A stretch of DNA of 64,000 bases, taken from Phoronis australis. Taxonomy: Eukaryota; Animalia; Phoronida. Where the stretch lies: NCBI GenBank assembly GCA_002633005.1, contig NMRA01000062.1, positions 62,001-126,000 of the forward strand. Reading direction: 5' to 3'. Shown here piece by piece: positions 31,401-46,400 of the stretch. Numbering within the stretch: the stretch's first letter is position 1; the number at the start of each line of letters is the position of its first letter. Under the pieces are notes generated by a model that made no database searches, was not told the DNA's origin, and was given only the letters and a program-made list of their open reading frames with translations. A program made the position numbers and the translations under genes.

Positions 31401-34400
31401 AACAATAATGGATGAACTGAAATTTTCGGATATAATCGCATCCTTTGCCAACAGAAACAGAAATAAAGTAAAATCAAACACCTCATTTCGTTTCAGATTT
31501 ATTTTCTATGTTATTCAGGAAGAAAAGTTGTTAGCACACATACCTGGTTCTGATGATCTCCATATCTGACCTCGTTTTCATTAGATCACTGTTTTTTCTC
31601 ACAGCAGGACTCGTGTTATGTGAGCTAGGGGGCGTTGAAGTGCCAGAATGAGGCACATCACTGTACGTACTCAGTACACTGTTGACTTGGTCTGCAGGCG
31701 TACTACCTGCACACAATATTGAATGAGAGTTCGCAATGTTCGGCTGATAATATTGTCTGCTCTGCGACTCATGCAATGGCTGAAGAGGATCTTTACGCAA
31801 AAATGAAAAGAATCTCGATTTTTTCTCCTTATTAGTGACTGCACAGCTTGCAGTCGCAAAAGAATATTTTGCATCCTCCTCCTCTGTAGACTCCTCAAAA
31901 CGTTCACCGTCACTCAGTTTTCGCAGACTTTTTGTTTTCTCATCGCTAAGATACTCCGTCGTGGAGTCACTCTCCTGATTCCCCACAGGTGTCTCTGCAA
32001 GATGAGACAGGCTCCTCCTCAGTTTCCTGGTGAAAAAATTTCCAGATGAAAAGGGAGACACACGTGTCCTTGTGCCATTTGTTGACCTTTGACCTTTGCT
32101 CTCATCACACTTTGAATGTCTGGGAGTATTACAATCCATGTTGCAGGACGCCTCCAGCACAGTATCGTTGTCACTGACTTCTGAGATATGTGGCACGCCG
32201 GCCGGAGCCAAGTCAGACAAGCCCGAGTCAGCTGATGAACTAGAACTCCTGTAAATAAAATGGGAACTTTTTATATTCAATACACATGAGGGCACTTATG
32301 GATGAAACTTACACAATAGCAATGCATTCTATGAACATGTCAATCATTGCATGAACTTGTTAAAGATGGCCAAAAATCAATGCCTGGAGAATCTGTAGCA
32401 CAGATTTATAGGAAATCCTCCCTTTTCATCACCTTGTGACTGGAAATGCCATCGTTTCTAACACTTATTGTGCTGATGACGAAACTATCGACAGAAAAGT
32501 AAATTGTATCCATAGACTTCATACAGCAATGACTTTTCTCAAAATGATATAAATGATAAGAATTTGCAGATACCTGAACAGGGATTTTAATCTGATGTAC
32601 CTTAAGACACAGCCAAAACTTAGGGATAAAACAACCAAAGAAAGTGCTAAAAGATGCCACAACTTTGTAGAGATTATTCAAAAGAGACAGAAAGAGAGAA
32701 AAGTCACCTGTGCCTCCCTTGCATCACATGAGGATCAAAGATGTAGACAGCAGATTCCAGCAGAAACTTGACGACGTCTGCTTTACCTGCGTGGCAGGCG
32801 ATCATCAAAGGAGTGTCACCATGACTGTCGCGGAGGTTGTGGTCGAACCGAGGCTGAACAGAACAACATTACAAAATGAAGCACCTCTTAAAACAACAAA
32901 CATCTGACAGATAATATTTTCTCTAAAGGAGCACAGTTGTTCTTGGTTGAAGTGAACACACACTAAAACAAAAGTAATATACACAAATTCATGAACTTAG
33001 ACCATCACGAGTAGCTACCCAGAGCGGTCGGGATTCTCCAGCACATCAAAATCCCAAAAATTCTCATCGATGCATCTCACCAAATCACTAAAAAGTAGTT
33101 CCACCTACAACCCAGATGTAACTATAACACAGCATGAGTCAATAATAACATGTTCACCTCAATGATTACAGTGTTGTAGTCGCTGAAGTCCACAAGATTA
33201 TGTTGTATACGGCACAAATGACCTTACTATAGTAATACAACCGCAAGACATCACTTAATGATGGAACCACAAGACACCATTGAGGGTAATTCTTTAATTA
33301 TCTCGTGCAAAAACAATTGATAAAATTGTAATTTTTTCGTTTTTCAAACTTAAAGTTAATGCAAATACAAAACAGACTGACATTTTCTTACTATTTATTT
33401 TTGTTAAGAAATTTGACAAAGTAAAATTTCACTTGTCCTCCCTATTGTGTGCTAAATGGCATCATGTTTACTTTTCGGCTGCTTGTTTTGACTCAACCAG
33501 TGATTGAATAAAACAAACAATGATATCAGAATGAAACTGGCCTCAAGCACACATTCCATGCACTTGATCAGACTCAACAACAGAGAGGAGGATTGAGAAT
33601 TGCCAGCCAATAACACAGAGCAGGTATCTGTGTGATGTAATGCAATGTTGAAGGTTTCTGCAATTTCCCAACAAAATGATTGTAAAAACTCAGTCAGCCA
33701 TTTGTTTATTTTTCAAAACGGCTTTCTTTAATGGTATAAATACCTACTTCTTCAACCTGTCAGATACCCTGTCCCTACTAGTTACCTGTCAGACACTTAG
33801 CCCCTCCACGTACCTGCCACACACTTAGCCCCTCCCACATACCTGCCACACACTCAGCCCTTCCCACATACCTGCCATGTACTTAGGCCCCCTCACATAC
33901 CTGTCAGACACTCAGCCCGTCCACATAGCTGCCAGGTACATTGCCAATTCCACATAACTGTCAGGCACTAAACCCCCTCTCACATACTTGCCAGATACTC
34001 CACCCCTTATCCCACATACCTGCCAAGTACTCAGCCCCTCCCACATAACTGCCAGATACTTAGCCCCTCCCACATACCTGCCAGCAACTCTTGTCCCTTC
34101 CACACATCTGCCTGGAACTCAGCCTCTACAACTAACCTATCAGATACCCAGTCCCCTGCCACATGCCAGACCCAGACATTCAGCCTCATCCCACATGACT
34201 GCCAGGAATTAAGCCCCTCCAACATACCTGCCAGATCTTCTTGAGTTCCGCCAGTCCCTTCTTAGCTACGATCAGCCTCTGTATCAGTTGAAGTTGATTC
34301 CTGCGATGATTCTCTATCAGTACCTGCACGCCTTGGAAGTATGGACATGTGAACAGCTGCAGATCACTATCCAAAATGGCCGCCGTGGCACCGTGGTTCA

Positions 34401-37400
34401 GCAGCAGACGTACAATCTGTCTATAGCCTGAAAATGTAAATTTTAAGTGCAAAATGTTCTCAGCTGGCACAATAATTCCAGTGTTCAATACCATCAATAT
34501 AAACTGTGGTAGCACCGCTCTGGTGTGAAAACTCCATCCTGTTTTAACCATTGTGTCTTGTTTCCCTATCTTAGTGAACAAAACCCGACATGCTAAAAAC
34601 TTTATTGCATTTGTTTTCCTTACTCTTGCAAGCCAAAGCAATAAATGGCAAACTTGCTAAATAAGGAACTGACGTCAAAACCTACATGAAGGGTGCTAAA
34701 CAGACTGAACAATTTGTCACTTTTAAAGTGATTTCTTTAAACAAAACCGCACACAGGTGGTTATTGCAAATATGGTACGGACCAACAACACAAGTACTAA
34801 AGGTCGTCCATACCTTTATCTGCAGCCAGCTGTAGTGGTGTCTTACTGTCGGCGTTCATGGCGTTGATATCCACACACCTGCCAGAACTTTTCACCCTGT
34901 CATTACGTTGTCTCGCCCTGCCACGCCGCGTATGCTGGATCAAGAAGCGGGCAATGTCCATGTGCCCACGACTACAAGCCACGTGAAGTGGCGTGTTAAG
35001 ACTGGCACTGTGCTGCCGACAGATGTCACCACCGTACTGGACAACACAAAGTATTGGTCAATAGGGGGCAAACAATTATCTCACAATATAGGGTTTTACA
35101 CTGACAACATTTTATGTTTAAAATGCACACACTGACATCTTTTATTTCCATACAGCACAATTTACGGAAGGATTAATTCGTTTGTTTCATACCAAAGTGT
35201 AGAGTCTTAATTTGTTCATTTAATGTACCTACCAAAAGAATAGACTAGTCCCATTTTGTTCATAAATGTATCTACCAAAAAGTTTAGACTCCTAGTTTGC
35301 TCATAAAGGTATTCAACAAAAGCAATCTGTAAATTTGCTGTATCACGTTTCAGTTATTTCACATCTACATTGTACTTTTTGAGACATGTCACATCATTAT
35401 TTATTTTTCACAACCCCATGTTTGAATTAATTTGACTTTAATCAAAATGAAAAGGTTACATTATTGTGGGGAGAACAGTGCAAATGTTTTTAAATCAAGA
35501 ACAGAATTTGGGACAGTGAAGTAAGCAGGTACCAATACGTACAGGTAGAAGCCAGTTTCACGGTAATTATACGGTAGTCGCGTGATTTTCGGACGGCCCG
35601 CCATTTTCGACCAAGAATAAATATTTCCGAAATGAGTTTTTCATAGTCCACGAAATTCGTACAAGGTCCAAAAACTGTTTTTCAATGATCTTCGAACTTC
35701 GGACAATGTCATAAACGTCGGATTTTTGCCCCGCGACTTTCGGACAAGGAAAATTTTAGAAACGCTAATTTAGGATCGACGCAACTCCCGTGTCACTAAA
35801 GCGTTCAACGGATGATTACTACTCGATAAGGCTTGAATCTGAGAATTGGGGTAACGGGCTTTGTAATTTTTACCTTGTCTTGACGATGTCATGACCGTTA
35901 CTCGATTGTCTTGCGTTTAGCTTGAGTTTGGCGCTTTAGCTATGAAAAAAGTCACCGAGTCTCGCATGACGAAAATTTCTGATGAAAATACAAATGGGAA
36001 ATACACGGAAGGCTGCAGTTTTTCGTTGTAGCGTAACATGTGCTCTGGTTTAATTAGACCGTGTTGTTCAACTTCCGACTGTGACATTGAACTTGCACGC
36101 CTCAACTTGCGTGTTTACGAAGCGTTTTTATTTTTAAAACGTCCTGGCCTTTGCAAATGCCCTTGTTAGTGGCTAAAATCTCCCGACGACGTGTCTGGAT
36201 TTTATTCTTGACGTGATGAGAAATATTTTTTGTTTAGGCCCCCATACACAATAGGTCACAGCTAAGTATGTCCGTAGGATATCGCGCGTTCAAAGTAGTG
36301 TAGATAGTGAACAGCAGCAGCCGAATGAGACGGAGCCAAAGTAAAACTGGTTAAAAATCAAACATAGCGCAAGGCCCAGCACTCAGAAAGGGGCGCGGCG
36401 CACACGCAATTGTTACAGAGACATTGCATCCCTGTCCTATGTTGTGTAAGTGCCGGTGTGCTATAACACATATCAAAAACTAATGTACATCCACGTAACC
36501 ACGTTTCACTACCCTTACAAATTGTCTGTTGCTCTCTGATAAGCATCGCAGATGCAAGAATCTCGCTAAAGAAGATAGTGTGATCGTGTGCTTCGTTTGC
36601 AATGCCTCACCATACGTCTCGACGTCTTAAGTCTAGCGTGTTCGTGAGATTCTCACCCTTGCGCCCCCGATCGCAGACTAGGGTAGAGTTCAGTAGCTGT
36701 CTTGGGAAATACAAAAATCTAGCCAAAATCACGCTTTCAATTAAAAAACACAATACATCACGTAATTTCATGAATTCGTGCTTTTTAGCGAAGTTCTAGC
36801 GTTACGAGCTTAACCCCAGATGTAAACCTAAAAAGATTTAACTTGCGGCGACCCAATTTTGCTTGCTCATCCACTGGTCTGTGTACTTGTGGTCTTGTTA
36901 ATTCACATCCTAGCTGTACCGTCTGAGGTACAACACCCTGAACTCCATGGTGTCCCGAGATTAAGATGAATCCCGACAAGGACACCGGGACCCTGTGGCA
37001 CTCTCTGTCTGCGGCGACTAAGAAAATCCTCCACCAATCATTTCGAAAAATGACAAGTCAGTTGAATCAGATTTGGTAGTCGTTGCTTCTTGTGGTCCTA
37101 GGGGTAGGCTAACAAGAATACAGGACCTGGAGTCCGATGCAACGGGCCTGGAACCTGATAGGTGTTTCCGACCGGAGTTCCATATCTACTTTCCACAGGA
37201 CCTTGTCTTCATGTCTATGTTACCGCCTTCAGTTGATAGTTTTGAGACAAAAAAGAAACGTGATCTTAAACTACAGACCATGTTTTTTGTATTACTTAAT
37301 ATAGTTTTAGAGGCATTTCAGCTGTAAGTGTGTTTAATTGTGTTGACTGTTACATTGCTAATTATTATTGTTCTATTTTTACCCGAGGTGATGCCTTACT

Positions 37401-40400
37401 TGCAGCAAGGGTAAATAATTTTGAGAAGTATTACTAGCGATTTCCGTATATAAGTTGGGGAAACCAAACGTCTTATGTAAAAATACACCAGGGCCTATAC
37501 TCAGCAATGCCGAATACACGAACACAGTATAAATACTGTAGCTCACCCTAATTATATCCTAGTGGGAATAGCATTATTTTTAGATTTCAAGCATGCATTT
37601 TTATTCTCAGATATGCATCCTAGGTATATTTTAGGAAAAAATTTAAGATACGCAAATTGGCCATATTTTCTTCTGGATTTATATACGGAAATTTACGGTG
37701 GATCTTCTTAAACCTGTAAACCATGAAAATTTCATTGAGACAGTTTTGTTCTACTAACATGTTCAACTAACATTCCGTTCATGCAAGTCGGTCAGTACGT
37801 TCGCATTTAAGGCGTTATTGCAACAGGTAAGTGTTGTTTTGATTTTTGTTTGGTGCTTCCATATTTTATTTTGTTATGTATTCCTGTCTTCAGATAGTCA
37901 CTGTTATTCTTCAACAACATTTCTGTACTTATAATGAGACTTCAGTAAACTCGCGACTGTTCATACTTTAAATGTTAGCAGAAGTGTGTAGTGTCCATCA
38001 GCAGAGACCTGTGGGAAGAACTATTTTCCGTAACTGTAGCAAATATATGACGCAATGAAATGAAAACGGTCGACATAGATGAATTGTAATTGGTTAAATG
38101 TATATTAAGAAAGAAAATTAAGTATATAAATAGTAGACCGGTTCTTGAATTGCCTGGTTTACGTCCTTCATGAGTTCACCTGTCCCAAATTGAGTGCTTT
38201 CGTTTTTCTTTTCAGGTCGTCACTAGTCGATTCTTCTAACAGTCGTGATCTGCCCAGTAGCCTATTGTATCAACGTGCGCAACAACGGTCTTGGCAGGGG
38301 GTTGCACCAAGCAGACTCCCTTGGAATTAGTGGCACAAAATCGACATTGGTGTGCAGCAGGTTACCGAGGGGGGGAGGGGTGGCGGCGTAAATTAGTAGT
38401 GACTGAGGGAGACTGAGCTGCGCGAAATTGGTGATGACCGTGGACGGCGCTACACTGGTGACGACCAGAAGAAACGGTCCTGTTATCTTCCTCGCAGATT
38501 ATCAGAAAATGCTAACGATTATCAGTTTCATTTCATCCACAAACAGATTTCACAAGTCAGCGTTTTCACTGTGGTTGAAAACGTAAGCGAACCCAGATGT
38601 GTTAGGTCACCTCAATTGCATGAAGACGCGCCAGTGTATCACTGAGTTAATATCGGGTGTTTCAAAGGCTGTGGATGAGAAAGGTTTTAATTGTAAAAAA
38701 ACGGTTGGGTGAATTTGATGTTGGTAACATTTGAAATTGCATTTGCTTTCTAGTCAACGCCCTTATATATACAATATGTTAGTTAATCGTGTCTTCAGCC
38801 GCGCAGCACTGTACTAGTCGACGCATTCCCATCATTTGCAGTAGGCCTAAACATGTAGAACGACAGCGCTTCTTCAACAATTCAGACGACTACCAGGACG
38901 ACAAATGGGAACACGAGTAGAAGAGAAACTACTCGTTTTCTTATCATGATTGTCTTTTTAATTTGTTTTGGGTAATTGTTCAATCAAAGTTTTTATGTTG
39001 AAACTGAGCTTTCAGATAATATGGAAATAAACGTGTCAGAGTTAACTTGCGTTTCGGTTTGTAACCAGCAGACAATGCATGGATACGTTTAACAAACATA
39101 AATATGTGCTATGTTCTTGTCAATGTTCGTCACTTTCTTCACTGAACTCATTCCCACATCCATTACTGTTACGTTTAATGTAAAATTCGTTAAAATTGAG
39201 AAAGCGCATGTTTTGATGGTCGGGAACCCTCCTTGTGCGCCTAATACGCAAGTCCAGCTTTTTATTGGGAAACCATGCGTTGACAGCGCAAACTCGACAT
39301 TTTTTATTGAGAAGACGCATTTTTACAAAAGAGAATCGGTTGTCTGTAACATTTCATGTGCGTCAACAACGCAAACCAGACCCACTCATTGAAAAGCCCA
39401 TATTTGTCACCAGGAAGACTCTTCGCAACGCAGCCCGGCCGATATTTCAAGTGAGATAGCGCAGTTTTGAAAAGATTCCGTCTCTTGCCGAGAACGGTTT
39501 TTGAGCATCGGCAATGCAAGCCGAATATTTCATATTGAGAAAGCACATCTTTGAAAAGAAGAACGAACACTTGTTGGGAACGGTCTTTGTGCGTCGACGA
39601 CGCACATTTTTTATTGGGAAAGCCAGATTTTCAAAAATTAATCGCTCAGACCATTTGAGTCTCATTTACCTGCAATTATACTGCTATCAAATGACCGAGC
39701 CAGCATTGTTGATACTACGACCGCTCATCGAAATAATGTACACCCACGAAATTCGGACACTAGCGAAAACCCAAATTTGGATGTCCGCCAAATTCGGACA
39801 CCACAAAATGATATTTCGCGAGATTCGTCCAAGAATGAATTTTTTCTATTGGAATTAATTTTCAGTGTCCGAAAATCACGCGACTTTACCGTAAAAACAA
39901 TGCCATGAAAACTGATCAACAGCGTATTATCATTAATGCTAAGTTACCTGGTGTAACAACTTGATCACTTCCAAGTGTCCATTCTCAGCAGCAAGGTAGA
40001 TCGGCCAATCACCACCTCCCATCTGCAATAGTGCGGAAATGCATTACAGGAATGAAACAGGGATGCTAAATACCAGTAACACGGTTTTCTGTAAACGAGG
40101 ACATCGTTTATCATATTATGGTAGACATATGTTAGCGTTATTGCCTGAGCACAAGTACCGACCTGTTAGTCACTGGATGTCATGACTACTCACCGTGGGA
40201 TTTACATTATCTTCCTCCTCCAGAAAACAGAACAATTTCCCAGCATTCCCTGTCACTGAACACTCAAACAGCGTCGGATTGACAATCTTCTGCTGACGTC
40301 GTTCGAGAGCTTCCTTAACCTTAGCGTGCACAGCAGACGACTTGCTTGACTTGAGAGCTAAGCCTAGTCCCTGGAAATGTGAATTTATGATGGAGTAATC

Positions 40401-43400
40401 TATATTATGTACTTGTGATGTATCAGTACCTCTGCTATTTTACCAAATGTTTGTTTTTTGAAAGTCGTTAGAGAAAAATATGTTAAAATAGAGTGAGAGG
40501 GAGAGGGAAAGGTGATTTTGTTTTCCTTACTGTTCAGTTTTGTCAAGAATTTGAAGAAAACAAATTTCCTCACGTTTGCAAGATCATGTGCTGGCTTCAG
40601 GAGTAAAGAACTGGTTACCCAAAACAACAGAACAAAAATCTTGGGACTGATACAGAGCGCTCTCCACAGGTCACAAATCATACAGTGTTTAAGACTATAA
40701 AGCGAGGTTATCAAACAGACATTTTAATTATTGATAGTACAACACAGTTATCTCTATCAGAGCACTGCGTGAACCCTGGGTGACCTCTGTGTGAACCCTG
40801 GATGACCTCAACTACATACTGTGAGAGAGCTGTCGTAGCTCAGTAGAGTGTTCACCATGTCCAAGTTATTGGCGCTGACTGCATAATGCAAGGGGAGACG
40901 ACCCCCAATGTCCTTAATGGAAGGGTCAGCATCATTACTGGAAATAAAAAGTATCCCGGTATTATTTAATGGCAACTGAACTCCTCAGTAGCTCTAAGAG
41001 TTCTCCATTTAGCCACCAGGTGGCAACAGTAACACATAAAATTCTATGAATTCAGCATCCTGGCTTTTGAGACCATATAATAAGTTCTGTATAAATGCAT
41101 CTAACAACATTTCATAATATTCAAAATTAAGAAAATTTAACATTCAATGAATTCAGCATCCTGGCTGTTAAAACCAAATAATAAGTTTTATACAAATGCA
41201 TCTAACAACATTTCATAAAATTCAAAAATAACATCTTCAAAACAAATCAAAGCAAAATATTTCAAACATAACTGACCACAATAAGAGCTGGACAGCTTCT
41301 TGACTTTCCTCAATGACAGCAATTGACAGTGCGGTGCGGCCATGTCTGTGGTGCTGACCGTTGATTGGGCAGCCTTCGCGCTCAATCAATACTTCAAGAT
41401 TTTCACATCTGAAGGAAACCAAGAAATCGAAGTGTTAATTGTTTGTTCAGTATAATCAAACAGTTGTTATGGCAATCAATACAGTATAAAAACTAAATCT
41501 ATTCCAACCAAAAAAGGAAATTAAAAACGGAAGCTAAAAATATGAAATACCTGACAGTTTTACCATTTTCTTGAGTGAGAATAAACGAGCTAATTTCGCA
41601 CACCTTTTAACTACTAAATGAGGATATTCAGTTTATTTCACTCAGCCTGACTTCTAGGAGAAAATTACATATTGTATTATGCAAAATAGGTGGAGAATTG
41701 CGAAAACCAGATTTTTTTTACTATTTTCAGATATAGATTACTGCACAGAAATAAAATTAACATTATTCATTATGACCAACAGATATACATTACAATATAT
41801 AATACACATTGAATTATCAAAGCAAAACAGTACAGAATAGACTAAAGGAAGTTAGTGTTGGGAACTTAAGCTCGTGATACACAGAAAAAAGTGTTTTTAA
41901 GTTTGCTTGAATGAACAGTCAGCAATTTTGAAGATTATTTGATATCACTGAATCATAAGCATTCAGGTCATGTGACAGTGTAGTTTGCATTACTTCCCAA
42001 TGGTGTCAGTAAAGTACACCCAGAGGCGTATAGCTCAGTCACACTACAATCTACTGATAACGATATGCATGATGTCCTGACACAGAACAGATACTAACAC
42101 CAGCTTCATTTTATAATAGGATAATCTTCAAACCAAACAGGACATCCTGCGAACCCATATCTCTGACTTATTGGGACTACACAAATATCTATAGTACATA
42201 TCTGTGTTGCTTGCTGATCTCCAATATTGTTGTAAATGAGGGTTCAACAGTCACTCATTAGAAACATGTATTGAAATTTAAAGAAAAACAAACTAGCACA
42301 GTATTTTAAGGTGAAATCTTTTTTTTTCAAACTTCTACCGCACCATAATTTATTTCTCTCGGGGCTCGTGAACGAACCTAGATATTCCACCTGATGTGTA
42401 TTATTGAGTCGAGCTAAGCAGATAACCCCCTGCACATAACTAAAAATTATAAATACAAACACAGGCTCCTAATAATGGCAATTTTGTGATATGGCTGCTC
42501 CTAAGCAAACTCACAGAGTATTCACAAATTATAAAGTACATTATCTAGACCCCCAGGCAGTTACTTCACAGGAAACAAATATGATACTTATTAGCTGTTT
42601 CATAATTCCCGACCACAGGTCACGGCATTCCATTGATACCGCACCCGTAAACTCCTTGTGAACTTTGAGAACATGACGTTGCACTTTTATCGGGAGATAG
42701 CGGAGTTTACGTTAATGTTTTCATACAGAACTTGTCCTCACCGTAACTGCCATTATCAGTACATTTTGACATAGATGATTGTGTTGAAGCACAAGTTACC
42801 CTGTTACTGCATCACCCCTCCTCATATCTCGGCCTTTGTGATCAGTTCAAACCCTGACCAGAACCAAACTTCACTGCTATCTTAACACAATCTCCACTTC
42901 ACAACCCATCGACGTCTTACATAAATCTTGAACGTTACTTTTATTACTACTATAATGGCATATACAGTACTTAATGAACACATCATAACCATTTTCTAAA
43001 CAGTAAAACATACTAAAAGAACTTAAAGTTTGAGGAAAACAAAACTCTGAATGGGCAGCTACATCCAATATTAACACTGAACCTTCAAATAAAATTAAAA
43101 TATTGCAATGACAAGCAGAAATGCCCAAAAATACTTCTACAATTTTTTTGGAAACAGCGCTTGATAAAAATGCACTTTCTACTTCGTTTTACTTCAACCC
43201 CAATGCTGAAAATGCACTTATCCAAACGTATAATAAAATTTGCTTTTTAAGGTTGCCTTTAGACTATTTCATTACAATCTCTGCTCTCTTTTTTCTATTA
43301 TATAGTTACATTGCAGAATTTACTCAAGTCATTCTTTCTCATGACTACAATACAGGATAAATTAAGTAGTCTAGTAACTCTGGTGAGACGTGATGACCTT

Positions 43401-46400
43401 TACGTAGTGACAAGGAAAAATCATGCAAAGGCTTCGGGCAATGATCCTAATAAACAAACACTAGCAATATGGCTGCCACTGACAGTGAATAGGGCACTGT
43501 GTAGGGATGTTAAATTATGAGATAAATGAATTTAATTGGCTGCTCACCTGTTGGCAGCAGCTGCGTTCATAATCAATGTATTGCCGTTCTTGTCCACATT
43601 GAAGAGGTCAGTCACCTGGATGTCCGACTCAAATAATTCACCCTGTGAGAGAAACGCAGTTGACATTACGCAAATACTGGAGAAAGGGCAGTTAAAACTA
43701 TCACCAGTATTCAAATGTTTACAGACATTCTCAAATAAAAACCTGGTGAAGAAGAAAAGTGGATTTTTGTTAAAAAAGTGAATTCGTGAAATTAAGGACT
43801 AAACGATCCTGTTTCAAATCAATAAATGAAATTTTACACTGAATGTCCTTGTGTATTGCAAACAACAAAAATACTAACGACTTGCATCAATGGGGAGCGA
43901 ACGGAACAGCTAACTTGTGAGGAACTTCTCATGTGATAATTTGTAACGGTAATGGTGTTCTTGTTCACAGAATTTTGTTTAAAAGCTGACATGGGGACAC
44001 TTAGAGGAGTATTTGGTAACTGTTAATTAGTCACTGAAGTGCTTTAAGGTTTAAAAACATTACCAAGAGATGGCAAGACACAGGCATAGCATACAAACAC
44101 CACTTTCAAATTCCAATTTTTGGGTAGCCAATCCCAATGAACTCGGAAGTGTTTTCTTGAGTCACTGGTGGTTTTTGTAACACCTGTTATTGAACAGCCC
44201 ACCCTAACCCTTTAAGGAATATCATTGTAGGTGACTTTATGAGCGTACAGAGCTTAATTCATTTATTGTTTTTTATAGCTTAATAGTGAGTTGAGGACAA
44301 GAAACTAAACATACTATTTGTCCCTTTCTAAATTATAAACAACAGCAACACAAAGTAACAATATTCAGTCATTTAATACACTGCTTACAGTGCATGCCGT
44401 GAATAATACGCTTACACGAAAGTCACGCATTTCTAAAGATGTACGTGACTTTTCACCGCTCGTCCTTCTGAGCGGCTTTTACCAGGATCAAAGAGAGCGC
44501 GGCGCCAGAGTCGGACTCAGTTGCGATGACCGCATTGTCCGGTGCGAGCAAGATCCAATTAAATGTAATTACTCGCCCATAAGTAAACATCTCTGCCCGT
44601 ACATACTCGCGAATTTTCAAAATACATTAACCAACACTTTAAGACAAATGCCACAGCTATATTCAAATGGAAAAAACAACCAAAACTGGTTTTCGATTTT
44701 TAAAAATCAACGAAATATTAAGCTAAAAACTACAAACATTGAGTACGATTGAAGATAAACGACTGTGCGTATTGATATACTCTGTGATTTACAAACGCTG
44801 ATCAGAGTTAACAATATGGCGTGGATTATTCCTTTAATATACAACTAAGCTACATTGAAACATGTATAAACAACACACAGTGACTAAATTAGATGTCAAT
44901 AACTTTTAAAACATCACTTATAGCTCAGTGCATGCCGAACTACTTTACTCCAGTAGTACACTAATCGGAAAACTGCTGTTCGCGCAAATGCGCCTATTTC
45001 GATAGTTAGCTTGTAGTTGTAATGGAACACCTGTGAAGACAACTAAGATAGCTAGCTTTGTAGTCAACGAGAGAGTGCAAGCAGTGGATGAGGTTGGTTG
45101 GTTGGCAAGAGCTGTGATTTAATTTTTTATGACTGAGGAAAAGCTAGAATAGTTATGTATTTACTGACACCAAAATTGTCCAGAGGTTCCACATCTTCAG
45201 TTTGGATATCACCATATTTGCACTTTTGTGTATACTTTATGATTTGAGTTCTAATAAAAATTGAACTTTGAACTAATGGCACGTGTAGTTTTGTGGCTGT
45301 GACATGTTTTGTGTAGCAGTAATCTGGAAATTTCAGGGATGGGTTCACACTTAAATGACTTTTAAGTTGTTTTGATACTTCGTTTAAACACAAAATAAAA
45401 AGACAGCAACCCTAAGTCGGAAGAAAAAACAAGTAGACAGGAGTATTAAAGTAATGAAAACAGGTATGAAACATTTTTAAAACCAATGTTCCTTTTGGGA
45501 AGTGGCCCTTAGTCAAGATCAACGCAAATTAACTTTTTAGTCTTTTTGTTAGATTTAAAATGTACTAAGTTAAAACTGCTCTCCACAATGCAGGCTTTAA
45601 CTCTGTGCAAATACCATAGAAAAACAATTTGGCTGTAATAAGGACCACCATTGTTAAGGAAGTAATGCTAGCTATTACCTTTCCACTTTATTAGCTCAGA
45701 TCTACATCAATACAAAGGGTGAGCTGAATAGACTCCATAAAAGTTGTCTGGGGCTTAGGGAATCAGATGTGACCAGTGTAAAGTCCCATTTAGACATCAA
45801 CTTTTGGCCCAGTGCAACTGACATGGAGCAAATTGACCTGTGTCAAGTGGCTGTTTACACACACAACTCACTAACTGTGGCAAGATGAAAATTAAAGGCT
45901 GGAGAGACTGGATCGCACATGCGCAGGTTTACAAATGACGAGAGTTGCAGAGACAAAGAACCCGTACGTAGGTCATTGCAAAAGCGCAGTAGAGATGATC
46001 CTTTCCGCCTTGCTCCAGTTTCGCGTTTAGACTTGTACTTGACACGGTGCAAGATGTTCGGGCGCAAAACGTCACAAACGGGTGGCAAAAATTTGTCACC
46101 GAGGTGTCAATTTGCTCCGTGTCAGTCCGTTTATACACTAGAACAACTTGTTCCGTGTCAGCTGATCCGTGTCAACTTTGTAAATGTAAAGTAAACGGCA
46201 CTTTAGCAGAAATTCTCCACATGGAAAAAAATCCAAGATGGCTGTCACTTCAAACATTGCAACCAGAGGGAGCAAGCACAGCAAACATTCCACAAGTGTA
46301 ATTCATGAAAAACTAATCTCACATTGTCCTCTAAAGAGACGACAGACAGAATCATCCATAAATTACTAGTGCTGTCCTCTACCCAAAACAAATTGGCAAA

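Noticed and set aside
33912-34225. Repetitive ORFs
   Set aside because: Translations of the 29-nt minisatellite
39111-39919. Overlapping ORFs as a transposase
   Set aside because: Short ORFs with no DDE/D or HTH motifs; they arise from the motif array
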